Assembly: GCA_002269645.1 (NCBI GenBank)
Contig: NIVC01000494.1
Coordinates: forward strand, 248,001-312,000
Direction of reading: 5' to 3'
From: Macrostomum lignano
Lineage: Eukaryota
Length of the DNA: 64,000 nucleotides
The notes beneath the pieces are model-generated. The model was not told the DNA's origin, did no database searches, and saw only the letters and a list, made by a program, of their open reading frames with translations. This document shows, piece after piece, positions 24,907 to 49,713 of the stretch (positions are counted from its first letter, which is position 1; each line of letters opens with the position of its first letter). The position numbers and the translations under genes were made by a program.

Positions 24907-25744
24907 AAGACTCGAAAAGTCGTTTTGAAGGCCGATTGTCAGAAATCTTGAGACAATAAGATTCTGAATAAATTTGAAAGGAATAACATATTTTAGGACA
25001 GTTGAACCAGATCGGCCTTCAAAAGATTTTGGGAAGCATATTTGCCATGAAACAAGCAACACAATTGATATACACAGCATTAGCTAACATATTTCTAATC
25101 ATAAAATCGTAAAACCGTTTTAGATATCATATATATATATATATTGATTGATTTATTGGCAGTGGCGCTTTGGATATTAACGCCTAACAAAGCATTAATA
25201 CCTCATATTTGAGCATGAGACCCCTATCTTTCATTCCGTGTCGCATATCTCATTATAAAATGTTACTAATAAGACTTTATAAGGCTTAAACAAATTCTCC
25301 GTGTTCTCTCGACAGCCCCTTTCAAATTCTAATAGCGGCCAAAAAAACTTTTTCAAAAGCTTCTGTCAAAGACACGACATGTTTGATTTATTTAGCAGCT
25401 ATTGTTATGCCCGTGTTGCCATGCAAATTTGTTTTGTAGAGATGTGTACAGTATTGACTGATTGCCAAGCATTGGAGATCACTGGTGATTCTACAAGAAA
25501 TCGATTACCGTAGTGGGCAAAGCGAATCCTTGCACGAACCTGCTGCTTCATCTTTTAAGGAAATGTATATTTATTATTGATGAATCAATTATATTTGCTA
25601 ACAAAAATAGAATTTTTGTGGCTAATTAATTTGCTCAAGGCAACTCAGCCCAGTGCTAATTTTGTTTAACAAAATTTCAAATCCACTTGTGTTTGTTTTT
25701 TATTTGGAAACTCCTTTATTTAAACTCCTTAAGTATTTTTCCGA

Positions 25745-26385
25745 AGCTCGAAACTTCAGCTCGAAACTTCACAAGCTCGAACTTCACAAACTCGAAACTT
25801 CACAAGCTCGAACTTCACAAGCTCGAAACTTCATAAAATCGAAACTTCATAAACTCGAAAGCCACAAACTCTAAACTTCACAAGCTCGAAACTTCACAAA
25901 CTCGAAACTTCACAAGCTCGAACTTCACAAGCTCGAAACTTCACAAGCTCGAAATTTACAAGCTCGAACTTCACAAGCTCGAACTTCACAAGCTCGAAAC
26001 TTCACAAGCTCGAGACTTCATAAACTCGAAACTTCATAAAATCGAAACTTCATAAACTCGAAACTTCATAAACTCGAAACTTCACAAGCTCGAAAGCCAC
26101 AAACTCTAAACTTCACAAGCTCGAAACTTCACAAACTCGAAACTTCACAAGCTCGAACTTCACAAGCTCGAAACTTCACAAGCTCGAACTTTACAAGCTC
26201 GAACTTCACAAGCTCGAACTTCACAAGCTCGAAACTTCACAAGCTCGAGACTTCATAAACTCGAAACTTCATAAAATCGAAACTTCATAAACTCGAAACT
26301 TCATAAACTCGAAACTTCACAAGCTCGAAAGCCACAAACTCGAAAGCCACGAGCTCGAAACTTCACAAGCTAGAAACTCCCAACT
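25745..26385. repeat. 15-16-bp minisatellite (ctcgaaacttcacaag)
   Basis: Tandem array. Confidence 0.93.
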
Positions 26386-27649
26386 TGCTTTTCCATTTAT
26401 AAAAATCATAGCTGCTTCTCATTTTCCAAGGTACAGGTAACTCTAAAACACTCGATGATTTTCTTTCAATATTTTCGAAATCGGCAATCTGATTTTAATT
26501 GAAAAAAAGACGGCTAGTAAACCTAAGATTTTTGAGTTTCTTATAAACTGGTTTGTGGTTTATCTGTTGGTTTATCTAGAGATTGGCGGTTGTTAAGGGA
26601 GAAAAAACTCTACATGTGACTGAAAGTACTGTACGGGTGATGTGGCGTGCATTAGCTAACTGTTTGGCGCTCTAAGAAATTGCAGCGGTTGAAAAAATGT
26701 ACACGTGAATTGCAATCAGATAGGGCATGCAGATTATAACAGGCGCGGCACTGAGACTGATTAGAGAATCTCACGGTAAGCGTTTACAGGTGCAAGAATT
26801 CATGCAGTTCTGTGGTGCCAGTTCTGTGCAAACATTCTTTTGCATTTACGACCGCGGTAACCCGCGTGCGGACGGTAAATCCGCGGATTTTCCGGCTATG
26901 TTGCACACATAGCAGGCTGATTGTTGATGGCCATAGACTATATGATTCGCACACCCCCCCCCCCCCAGTGTTCAAGGCCATTACCATTTGTTTCCTCGCT
27001 TATACCTGTGCCGCGTAACTTTGTATCCCGGCGTCTCATTTGATAAGCTAGCCTGCCCTGTGCGCTCAGGTATATAGATAGGCTTTAGACTGAGTCCAAA
27101 AACTTCTACTAGCCTTCTACTAGGGTTATATAGAATAGCGACTCTTTATGTGCCAGAAGGAACTTGCTTCATTTTTATGAGTTGTCTGCGCTGCGCTCGA
27201 CGAACGTATAAGCTAGCTAGCGAGCACACACACACTTCACTGCAGGTGTTGCTATTTTAGTACCTGATGCAATCACTAACTTTGCGCAAGTACAAGTCTT
27301 GGACTCGTTTTAACACTGAGTATTTTTTCTTTTTAAAAATTGCTCTCATCCTTGTTGTATATGCTTAAGCAATAAAACTTAAACCGCTTAAAATGAAGTG
27401 AAAATACACTGTAAATAGCAAACATTCTCTCTTGTATATAATTTTGCTGCATATATGGCTTCAATTAGAGAGACGGAAATTTGATAATGAAATTTCAAGG
27501 TGGAACTCTTGCGATTGTCTTTAGGGCTGCAGTATTAGGCTCAGGGTGGCAGTCGCAGCATCAAATGCAGCCACATTTTAACCGCCCACACAACTTGAGC
27601 ACTCAAACACGCTTTTTTGCTTTCCTTTCCTTTTAACCAGTATTTTTTA

Positions 27650-28210
27650 TGTCCGCATTCTTCTCCACCCTGACTCTCTGTTTCTCACCCTGCCTCTCCC
27701 TGTTTCTCACCCTGCATCTCCACGCTTCTCACCCTGCCTCTCCCTGTTTCTCACCCTGCCTCTCCATGTTTCTCACCTTGACTCTCCCTGTTTCTCACCC
27801 TGACTCTCCCTGTTTCTCACCCTGCCTCTCCCTGTTTCTCACCCTGCCTCTCCCTGTTTCTCACCCTGCCTCTCCCTGTTTCTCACCCTGCCTCTGCCTG
27901 TTTCTCACCCTGCCTCTCCCTGTTTCTCACCCTGCCTCTCCATGTTTCTCACCTTGACTCTCCCTGTTTCTCACCCTGCCTCTCCCTGTTTCTCACCCTG
28001 CCTCTCCCTGTTTCTCACCCTGCTTCTCCCTGTTTCTCACCCTGCCTCTCCCTGTTTCTTACCCTGACTCTCCCTGTTTCTCACCCTGCTTCTCCCTGTT
28101 TCTCACCCTGCTTCTCCCTGTTTCTCACCCCGCCTCTCCCTGTTTCTTACCCTGACTCTCCCTGTTTCTTACCCTGACTCTCCCTGTTTCTTACCCTGAC
28201 TCTCTGACTC
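27650..28210. repeat. 22-bp pyrimidine-rich minisatellite (ctctccctgtttctcaccctgc)
   Basis: Tandem array. Confidence 0.93.
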
Positions 28211-29883
28211 TCACTCCGCTTTCGGTATTTTTCTAATCTAATTCAGTGTGTCTGATATATGAGTTGCTCTCTTTTATATCACAATTCTGTGTTTCATCGT
28301 TTTCTCCGCCACGTATTCTAATAAAAGAACTCCGAATTCTCTGTCCCCCATTTACAAGGAGCATTTACACCATCCAACTATCTGTATAATGCAGCTTACA
28401 CACACCTTTACATCCTTAACACAATTGCGTATTATATTCATTGAATTTAAAGGCATATCCTGTAATTTGGCCAATTTTAGCAAACAGTAGGCGGATTTTG
28501 TAGATTCACCTGCGCACCGCAGATTTGCATCCGTTGTCAAATTATTAAGCTATATATACATATGCGGCATCCGCGCTATATATATAATTGCATATGATGA
28601 CAACTCACGGAATCTCATTGCAGGGAAGTTAAAGACGAAGTACATGTAGTAAAGACGCTAATTTAAACACTCAGCTCTTTTAGAGCCGGGTAGGGAATGT
28701 ATATGCTTAAACCACCGAATTAAGTCACTTTTCAGGTTATTGCCATAGATTTTTATTTGCAGGATTTAATTAACCTGCATTTAATATATAATATTTAATA
28801 TACGTGTATATATATAAGTTATAATATACTCCAGAGAACGCATCCCATAGCGTTGACTACGAGAGGTTTCGCTCATGGACAATAAGTTCGGTAATAAACC
28901 TTAACTCGATTAACTCGAATATATTACGTCCCTAATTCTACTGTCCGTGGGCCATTGCGTGGCGTGATTCTCTTAATATAGCAAAGGTTGACTGCTCTGA
29001 ATTCAACCATTGAACCAGAACTTTTTAACATTTTGTGGCTGCATCAACTCGCTTAGCTCTCTCTGTCTCTCTCAGCGACCATAAGCCGACCATTTAATTA
29101 TCCAGCAGCTGAGACAGTCTATAGAACTATAGTCCTATAGACTATAGAACTATAGTCTAGTTCATAGCAGCTCGAGTTTTGACTCATTGTTCTCGCTTGC
29201 ACACTGCAGGCTAGGCGTCTTGTGAACTACCTATAGAGTCAGTCTATAGTTGTTTTCTTTTATTCATTGTGCAACTCTCCTGAAGTTCTGCTACATACCA
29301 AAGCACACTTGCTAGATCATCCACTTGCAAATGCGAACTTCTTTTAGTAAAGGAAGTGCTTATGTCCATATATTATTAAGCTAAAATATATTTCTGCAGT
29401 TTCTTAATGGTCGAACTTGAAATTCCGCGCATTCATTCGCATCTATTGTCGAAAATTATACACGATGGTTGCAAACTATTTCGTATTGATATGCTACTTA
29501 CCGGCCGAATGAGCCTACTTATAGTAGTGCAAATGCAAAAAAAAAAGATTTGACAAGTTACGAGTGTTAGCTCCTATGTAGCGTTTTTGTTGGAATAACT
29601 AAATTATTGCCGATGTAGCCTACTCATAGTAGTGTAAATGCAAAAGGAGCATAAAACTGAAGACAGACGGTTTGCTTCACGTGAATTAATAAAAACTTTA
29701 TTACGACACCAGAATGAAATAAGAGAGTTTTTTTTCAGCTGTTATTGTTGATTAATAAAGCAATAACTTAGGGCAATCTTTCAGGCAATAGAAAAGGCAA
29801 GATCGTACCGTAGATGGCAAAGTTACGACTTATCTAAATTAGAAGGACAACGCGCTGAACAATCAATCAGTTGATAGATAGGT

Positions 29884-42345
<12,462 letters not shown>

Positions 42346-43968
42346 AATTAAAAATCTGTAGACTATAGTTATAAGATAGAAATTTCCTTGTGATGAGTTA
42401 GTTATTCTAAGCCGAGTCAGTCAAGTTGTAACTGTTATTCTGTTAAGTGAGGCCTTCTCAACTGCGCTCTTCTGTTTCTTGTCTCTTTTGAAGCGCTTGC
42501 CTTTTGAAAAGAATGAGAGTGAAGGGTCAGTCAGTCACTCACTGTCCTTCACTCTGGCTAAAGCCCGTTCACTCGCAGAGTAAAGGAAGATAGGATGACG
42601 GTTTAATTATAATTGACGAGAGCTTGCGGAGTCGGGGTCAGTAAAGAGAGATACGAGACGCGGAGTAGGGAGGTTTGGAAGAGGGGTTGGGGTAGGTTGG
42701 ACTGCGGAGGGAGGGGGGGGGCTGATGGCCAACCAAGCTCACTGCTGCTCCAGTCCAGACTGTCAAAATTTGGCGTGGGCACGACGGGACGGGTCGTAAT
42801 AAAACGTCAAATAAATTTATACACAGTCACGGCAGACTTGGCAGAGCGGCAATTGCTATTGCTAAACGGAGCTTGAGCAGGGGGGGGGCTTGCCTTGCAA
42901 TGCAAAAGAGAATGAATGAATGAATGAAAGAGCGATCTTTCTTTTTAATAACTCGGTTCTGCTCTCTTTGTGAACAGAGCGGCAAGCGGGTGGAGAGGGT
43001 GGGTGCTGACTGCCGTTGCTGGTTGGCTAAATAACAAAAGTGGCAGCTCTCAAAGGAAAATTATACCTATGCAACAAACACCAAGGCAGCTAAGCGGATT
43101 CTTCTGACTTCTTGAAGTTGTGCCGCCGTCTTTTGTAGGTTTGGATTGGGTTGGATTGACTGCCAACGCCAAGCCTGTCTCTTTAGTCTTTACGGTTCTC
43201 AGACTGGCAGCTTAAAGCTGACTGCAGGTTTAGTTATGCCGGTGGCCCGTATATTATAATTGGTTTCCTCCTTGTGGGTGGCACAGTGGCAGGCACAAAA
43301 TCTCTCTTGTTTCGTCTGGACCCGGACCCCGGTTGGGGTTGGGAGAGTGCGCCAGCCGGGCATTGGAGGGTCCGGGGTCCCTTCTTTACCCCCACCTCAC
43401 TCCCCGGGGGTTGAGGCGGTTGAAAAAGTCACACAATCGCAAGTTAAACCTCAGCGGGGGGCATATTATCTCTACCTATAAAAATCAAAACTCTGTGTGT
43501 CTGTCTGTGTGTGGACAATTTTTAGGTTATATAGCATAGTATGAATAATAGTCCAAGTATACTTAATTGACGTTAGTACAAAACCACTACAACAAAGCTT
43601 ACAGGACACCGGTTACATTACATTTTTTACTTCAAACTCAAGACATTTAGAGAATTTAGAGAATAACAGAAATACGCTGACTAGACTAAATGTTAAATGC
43701 TTTCGAAGAATTTCTTTTCGAAGCGTTGGCTACCACTTTTATATTCTAAGCAAGCTACTAATAAAAAAACCATGCTGATACCCCCTTTGTATTTTAATAC
43801 AAAATATTCAAACGCATATTCCGAAATACAAACTACTATAAGTAGACCGTAAAGACCACAACTTTTATTAGGCATTTAATCCGCTGCTGCAGATCACTTT
43901 GTGTTTGTATTCATTAAGGGAATTAAGAAAGGATAATTAGAAACAAGAAGTCGACAATCTGAACGCGT

Positions 43969-44330
43969 AGTAGTAGGAAAGTGGTACCCTCTACCGCCAT
44001 CGCACCGGATTGGCCGGGGCACCCGGCCAATGAGGAGAGACGGCGCCCCCAAAAACGCCCACCCCGACGCCAAACCCACCCCGACCCCCAAACCCACCCC
44101 GACCCAAACCCACCACCGCCACGCACCCAATCCCGACCCCCAAACCCACCCCGACCCCGGCCAAACCCACCACCGCCACGCACCCACCCCGACCCCAAAC
44201 CGGGCCCCCAAAGACGCCCACCCGACCCCAAACCCACCACCGCCGCACCTACCTCCGACCCCAAACCGGGCCCCCTCCTGTCCTGCACCCCATCCCATAC
44301 CAAGGCCCCTTCCTGTCCAGCACACCATCC
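43969..44330 (+). repeat. Left terminal inverted repeat
   Basis: Reverse complement of ~55400-55865, with differences in internal repeat copy number. Confidence 0.9.
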
Positions 44331-44594
44331 CATACCGGAGGCCGGAGAAGGGGGTCGGGCAAGCCCAGGTTGGGGTCGGGCAAGCCGGTCGGGCAAGCCG
44401 GTCGAGCAGGCCAGATGAGGGGTTGGGCAGCTGAGTGTCTGGGTGAGTGTCCAAGGGTGAGTTAAGTGAGTGTTCAAGGGTGAGTTTTGAGATGTGAATG
44501 AGTGTCCATAGTTGAGTATCCTCTACCGCATGTGGTGATACGCAAGACAGAGTTTCAATGTGATCTTAACGGGTAGAGGGTCTGATTGCTTGGA

Positions 44595-44757
44595 ATTTCC
44601 GAGTAGAGAGGGGAAGGGATTCTATTGGTCGAGCAAGCATTTGAAGTGATTTCCGAGTAAAATGTGGAGAATGGATTCTATTGGTCGAGAGGTCCCTGAT
44701 GAACGATTTGGTTTGGACCCTGCGGGAGAAGGGCTCCAGTACCCTTTATAAATAAAG
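44595..44757 (+). promoter_or_regulatory. Putative pPolB promoter: duplicated module with inverted CCAAT boxes plus TATA
   Basis: atttccgagta at 44595 and 44649; ggattctattggtcgag at 44617 and 44673; tataaataaag at 44747, ~70 bp before the ATG at 44815. Confidence 0.45.
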
Positions 44758-44814
44758 CACCTCGGCCCCATATATTTTTTTTTTATTTTAGATTAAATTA
44801 AAAATACAACGAAA

Positions 44815-45590
44815 ATGCAAATAACTTGCGACTTTTGCGAGTCATCAGTAATCGGGGGCATTGAGGAGCACTATGCGGTATGGCCTGCGATACCAGCACT
44901 GTTTGAGTCAGATGACTCCCCAGCGATTCATTTTCAACTGATCAAGGAGGCGTTTAATGGCAGGTCCCAACTTTACCGGGCCAGTGCATGCGGCGACCCG
45001 ATGAATGTTTTGGAAAACACTCGTCAAGCTTTCATTGACTTGATCACCCAGCATCAACGTGAGCCAGGAACCGCCATCAAAGTTCAGCTGCGCCTCGGGG
45101 TCCTGATGCAGCGCATCATTAATGGTAGCTGCGCCGCCGAGAACACTGCCTGGTTTGCTGCCAAGGTCCACTCTCTTCTCCAGAGTGAGGAGGAGTACTA
45201 CTTCTCTGACGACATGCAGACTATCCTCAACCGGATAGAGAAGTAACTACGCAATGGCAGTGGCTGGGTAATCAGGACCACTCGGTGTGTTGACGTGTCA
45301 ACCGCAAGTTATTATCTACCGCATAGAGCGTCGTGCAAAAGGCCAAGAATGAGTTCAAGAAAGACTGCAACAAGCTGCTAAACAACTCCCTGTAGACCAT
45401 CGAGTATGTTCGCAAGCAAGTGGACTACGTGCTGGTTTATTCAGCAGGGAAGCCTGTGGCCCAGCCGACGTTCCGCGATCAGATGATTTTCAACGGGGAT
45501 TTAGCTCTAGTGCACATTCTCAAGACGAATGTTGTGCTCGACAGGCTAGTGTATATCGGCCAGTGCGATCTGTCTGGACACTAGCAAGCT
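44815..45590 (+). pseudogene. Collapsed protein-primed family B DNA polymerase (pPolB)
   Basis: N-terminal region ...KVQLRLGVLMQR...TAWF...ILNRIEK*LRNGSGWVI is typical of the Maverick pPolB N-terminus, with a TAA at 45244. It is joined directly to a motif-B segment AKNEFKKDCNKLLNNSL*TIEYVRKQVD...QPTF...VVLDRLVYIG. Exonuclease, motif A and motif C were not found. Confidence 0.8.
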
Positions 45591-46200
45591 CTTTTTCCCA
45601 CAAATTTTTTTTCTTTGTAAATATCTGATTTAAAACAACTATATGCATGTAAATTTAATACGAACATACTATATTTTGAATAATAATAAATACAAGCTTT
45701 ACTCTATGATATCTAATACGCAGAAATAGAGAAAAATGCTCTTTCACAAAAATATTTTTGCTATAATTAGTCATTTTTTGTGCACAGCTCTGGGGTAAAA
45801 TCCCCATTGAAATGTATGTATTTTATCCACAAGTATGCAAGTTTTCGTCCAGTGATTAAAAGTATGCAATACGGCGTGAATTTTTCGACAAAATGCGTCA
45901 ATTTTCATGCACAGGTTCGGGTACAAATCCCTATTGAAATACATGTATTTTGTGCACAAGTATGCAAGTTTTCGTGCACAGTGTTAAAAAGTATGCAAAG
46001 TGTTGAGGTTTTTTGTGCACACATTCGGGTAAAAATTCCCATTGAAATGTATGTATTTTGTGCAAACATGCATGCTTTTTCGCGCACAACAGAGGCTAGA
46101 AACGCTAAATCCGCAGAAACTGGTGGGGGTGGGCTGTTATTTTTTTTTTTCAAGCAGGTGTTTGGCATAAGAAAATGATAGGTACTAGAAATTTGGTAAA

Positions 46201-47419
46201 ATGAAAAAGAAAAAGGCAATTTCAAACCTTCTGCCAGGTATTTATTTTGACTGCAGTAGACCGGGCAGCTATGGCGGCTATCAGGCATTAAAACGAGAGT
46301 TGCACAAACAGCACGGACCCAAGTTTAGTGTAGGGCAGGTATGTATATACGATATACTTCTAAACCAATTATTTTTTAGAAAATTCCAGCTTAGGTTTTT
46401 AGTTTTATCCACTAGCTAGCAATTTCCAGTTTTTACAATTAAAGGTAAAAACGTGGCTCCAAGACCAAGATGTCTACACACTGCATAGAGATAAACGCAA
46501 AAACTTTCGTCGAGCACCGATTGTGGTGCGGGGCATGGATGACCAGTGGGAACTGGACCTGGTTGAAATGCTACCGTTTGCCAAGTACAATGGCGGCGTA
46601 CGATATATTTTATGCTGCATTGATGTGCTCAGCAAGTTTGCCTGGGCTCAGCCGGTGCGCCGCAAGACAGCCGAGGAGGTTGCAGCCGGATTCGAAGCGA
46701 TCCTAAATCGAGCTCACCCTCGATGCCCACGAGCAGTTCGGACCGACCGTGGAAAAGAGTTTTGTAACACCCAGTTCCGAGCCTTCTGCGTAAACCACAA
46801 AATTCATGCATTCACATCAAGTAGTGACCAGAAATGCGCAGTCATTGAGAGATGGAACCGCACACTGAAATCCCGAATGTGGCGGTACTTCCGTCACAAG
46901 TCAACATTAACCTGGACCGATGTGCTTCAACCCTTAGCAAAGGCATACAACCAGAGTATTCATCGGAGTATTCAAAGCCGACCAGTTGATGTCGACAAGT
47001 CAAACGAGATGGAAATTTGGCACCGGCTTTACGATGGGAAGCTTCCTGAGACTCGTGAAAAGGTCTCCAGACCAAAGTTCAAGGCAGGAATGATGGTGCG
47101 AATCTCTCTTCGCAATCTGGCCAACCCATTCACCAAGGGATACACAAGGGGATGGAGTGAGGAAGTATTTGAAGTCAAGTCCCTCCACCCCAAGCATTAT
47201 CCATACATGTACACTCTGATCGATGCCCGAGGTGAAGAGTTGGAAGGCAAGTTTTACGAGCCGGAAATGCAGCAAGTGACAGGAAACAAGAAGCTGTGGA
47301 TCATCGACAAGGTTCTCAACATTAAGAAGCTGAAGAGTGGAAAGATTCGGTATTTGGTTCAGTGGCGCGATTCAGAAAAACCCAGTTGGATTGACGAAAA
47401 AGACTTAAGAAAAATATGA
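46201..47419 (+). CDS. RVE-family (DDE) integrase with C-terminal chromodomain-like region; exons 46201-46338 and 46445-47419, ~370 aa
   Basis: IYFDCSRPGSYGG...|VKTWLQDQDVYTLH; WELDLVEM, TDRGKEF and VIERWNRTLK catalytic motifs; C-terminal IDKVL...RYLVQWRDSEKPSWI. Confidence 0.9.
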
Positions 47420-48198
47420 AAAGGCAAAGATTTCAGGTAATGTCCGGCCCCGATGATGACCCGGCCAACTTTACTGCTGAGCTGCTGCATCCTGTGCTGC
47501 TGGATTCTGCTTTGGACTATGAGTTGGGTCTGCTTGGAATCAGTTTTATCAACTGCATCTACACGATCCCTCATCCATTGTCGCTATATTATCAGCTTGA
47601 GGGTTCAATGCAATGTGCTGAAATTCCAGCTGGGCGCTACAATGACTTGAATGAGCTGATTGATGCAGTAAATGCTTTACTGATTGTAAAAGATTTTGAT
47701 GAGTCTGGAATTGGCGAAACACCTATAAATGTGCATCTAATTAAATTTACCCTTGATTCAGTTAGCCATTATGTATACTATCAAATGGCTGGGATCTGTG
47801 AGAGATTTATGTTTCCAGAAAACAGCCAGATGGGGAAAATCTTTGGTGCTGCGCAGACAACCTATAGCGAGCAGGCAGGATGCTTTGAACGACCTGGCAT
47901 GAACCCGGCCTGGAATACGGATTTGCTGCTTGTTGAGTGCGATCAGATTAGCCCGCGCTGTATTGGAAATCAGTTTACTCCAGCACTGCAGACTTTGAAT
48001 ATTGGTGGTCTTTTGCAGGATCACCGGTCGGAACTCATCTATAAGAATAAGCTGTTCTTCCCAATAGCAGCAAACCACCGCTTAACACACATGCAAATAC
48101 GGCTACGACCGATCAACTGTATCGAATCTATCCGATTACTCTTTGGACCCACAGTCTTGACTTTTGAGCTGCGTGAGTCATGGACATTCGACAAGTGA
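47416..48198 (+). CDS. Probable minor capsid (penton-like) protein, 260 aa
   Basis: ANFTAELLHPVLLDSALDYELGLLGI resembles the Polinton mCP N-terminus; position between integrase and MCP. Confidence 0.65.
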   Translation: MKRQRFQVMSGPDDDPANFTAELLHPVLLDSALDYELGLLGISFINCIYTIPHPLSLYYQLEGSMQCAEIPAGRYNDLNELIDAVNALLIVKDFDESGIGETPINVHLIKFTLDSVSHYVYYQMAGICERFMFPENSQMGKIFGAAQTTYSEQAGCFERPGMNPAWNTDLLLVECDQISPRCIGNQFTPALQTLNIGGLLQDHRSELIYKNKLFFPIAANHRLTHMQIRLRPINCIESIRLLFGPTVLTFELRESWTFDK

Positions 48199-48443
48199 CC
48201 GAGTTTTATCGAGGCAGTTGCTTCAAACTTCCTCATGGGCACGGATATCCCACATCGCTGCTATCTCGACTGCCCCCTGAGACTCATGAAAATGCAGTTC
48301 TCCTTTCCCGCATACCACCTCCATCGCAGAAAAAACATAAGAAAACGCCAAAAATCAAACCAAAGAAGAGCAAGCCAGTGCCCACAAAAAAGCGCAAGAT
48401 ACCGTTAAAAACAGTCAACCGAGTGCTCGATTCACTCTCATAA
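48180..48443 (+). CDS. Small basic protein (87 aa), candidate virion core/DNA-condensing protein
   Basis: Lys/Pro-rich C-half; fills the gap exactly and overlaps the MCP start (TAATG). Confidence 0.45.
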   Translation: MDIRQVTEFYRGSCFKLPHGHGYPTSLLSRLPPETHENAVLLSRIPPPSQKKHKKTPKIKPKKSKPVPTKKRKIPLKTVNRVLDSLS

Positions 48444-49713
48444 TGTATCGGACAAATCCACGGCTCAATCTGTTTGAGCCAATGACGCATGAAATTGGAG
48501 TGGATAGGTCTCACTTCACGGACTTTCATCCCATCGGCAGTCTCACGACTCCTGATGCACCGATTGAATTCGACTGCCACGCCTCCTCTGAGGACTACAC
48601 CGATCTGCACGCCACAGTGCTGCAAGTCACTTGCCGGATAACTCGTGTGATAAACAATGCAGAGCTGACTAATGAAGATGATGCCCATGTCGGACTATCG
48701 AATCTCCCGCTTGCCAGCCTGTTTCGTGATGTCACTGTAAAACTCAACCAGCGGGTTGTGAGTGGTGGGGACCAGCTCTACCCATATCGAGCAATGCTTC
48801 AAGTGCTGACCAGCAGCAATGCCAACCAGCTTCAAGAACTGGCGGCCGCAGGTTATTATCCAGACACCGCTGGAGAGAGTGACACCATTGGGGAGCAAAA
48901 TCATGGATTCACAAATCGTGCGAGATTGCATGAGGCTTCTGCTGTTGTGCAATATGCCGGCCCGTTGTTTTCAGACATTTTCTCAATCCGGCAGTATCTG
49001 CTAAACCAAATCAGCCTGCAGGTCAAATTGACCCGGCATTGCAGCGCTTTTTCGTTGATGGTACCCAATAATGGAGTTCAATATCGTATTGAAGTCGACA
49101 ATGCTATTCTGCTTTTGAGGCGTCTCCGAGTAAACCCAACAGTGGCTCTCGCACATGAACAGGGGCTCTCACAGCGTAATGCTCTCTACCACTTTGATAG
49201 AAGAGAGCTTCAGACATTCACATTTTCTGTTGGGACAAGAAACAAGAGTCTCGATTCAATCACGCATGGTCAGCTGCCAAAATTTGTGCTCCTTGGAATG
49301 GTCAGCCAGACTGCTTTCAATGGATCTCTGCACCACAACCCGTTTTGGTTCCAAGCATTTGGGTTGAATAGTTTAAGCCTGTTTGTCAATGGAGAGCCAA
49401 TTACTGGGCAGCCCATAGAACCACAGCAGCAGCACTCATCCGAATTTTTGCAGTTTGCCCGCAGTCTCGGTGGAAAATATTGCATAGCTTTGATGAATTT
49501 CGAAATAGTGCCTATCTGCTTGCGTTTGACCTTAGTCCAAGTGGCGATGAAGTAGGCAGCTGGTTTGGTCATAGGCAGGGTCAACTACGACTGGATATTC
49601 GCTTTTCCAACGCTCTCGCACAGCCAGTCACACTCATCTGCTTGTGCGTGTATGATTCATGCATGGAAATCACTAAAGAGAGGGATGTGCTGCTGGATTA
49701 TCGCAGAGCATGA
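48443..49713 (+). CDS. Major capsid protein (double jelly-roll), one frameshift near 49485
   Basis: FHPIGSL...PIEFDCHASSEDYTDL..TVLQVTCRI, SLFRDVTVKLN, YPYRA and LPKFVLLGMV. The C-terminus continues in another frame as SFDEFRNSAYLLAFDLSP...GQLRLDIRF...DSCMEITKERDVLLDY. Confidence 0.88.

Noticed and set aside
43963-43968. ACGCGT as part of the TIR rather than a TSD
   Set aside because: It is palindromic and so formally ambiguous, but inverted identity stops immediately outside it, and AGTAGT termini with 6-bp TSDs are the Polinton norm.
43894-44477. Pro/Gly-rich ORFs at the element ends (also 55193-56051)
   Set aside because: They arise from GC-skewed TIR repeats and run across the TSD into the flanks.
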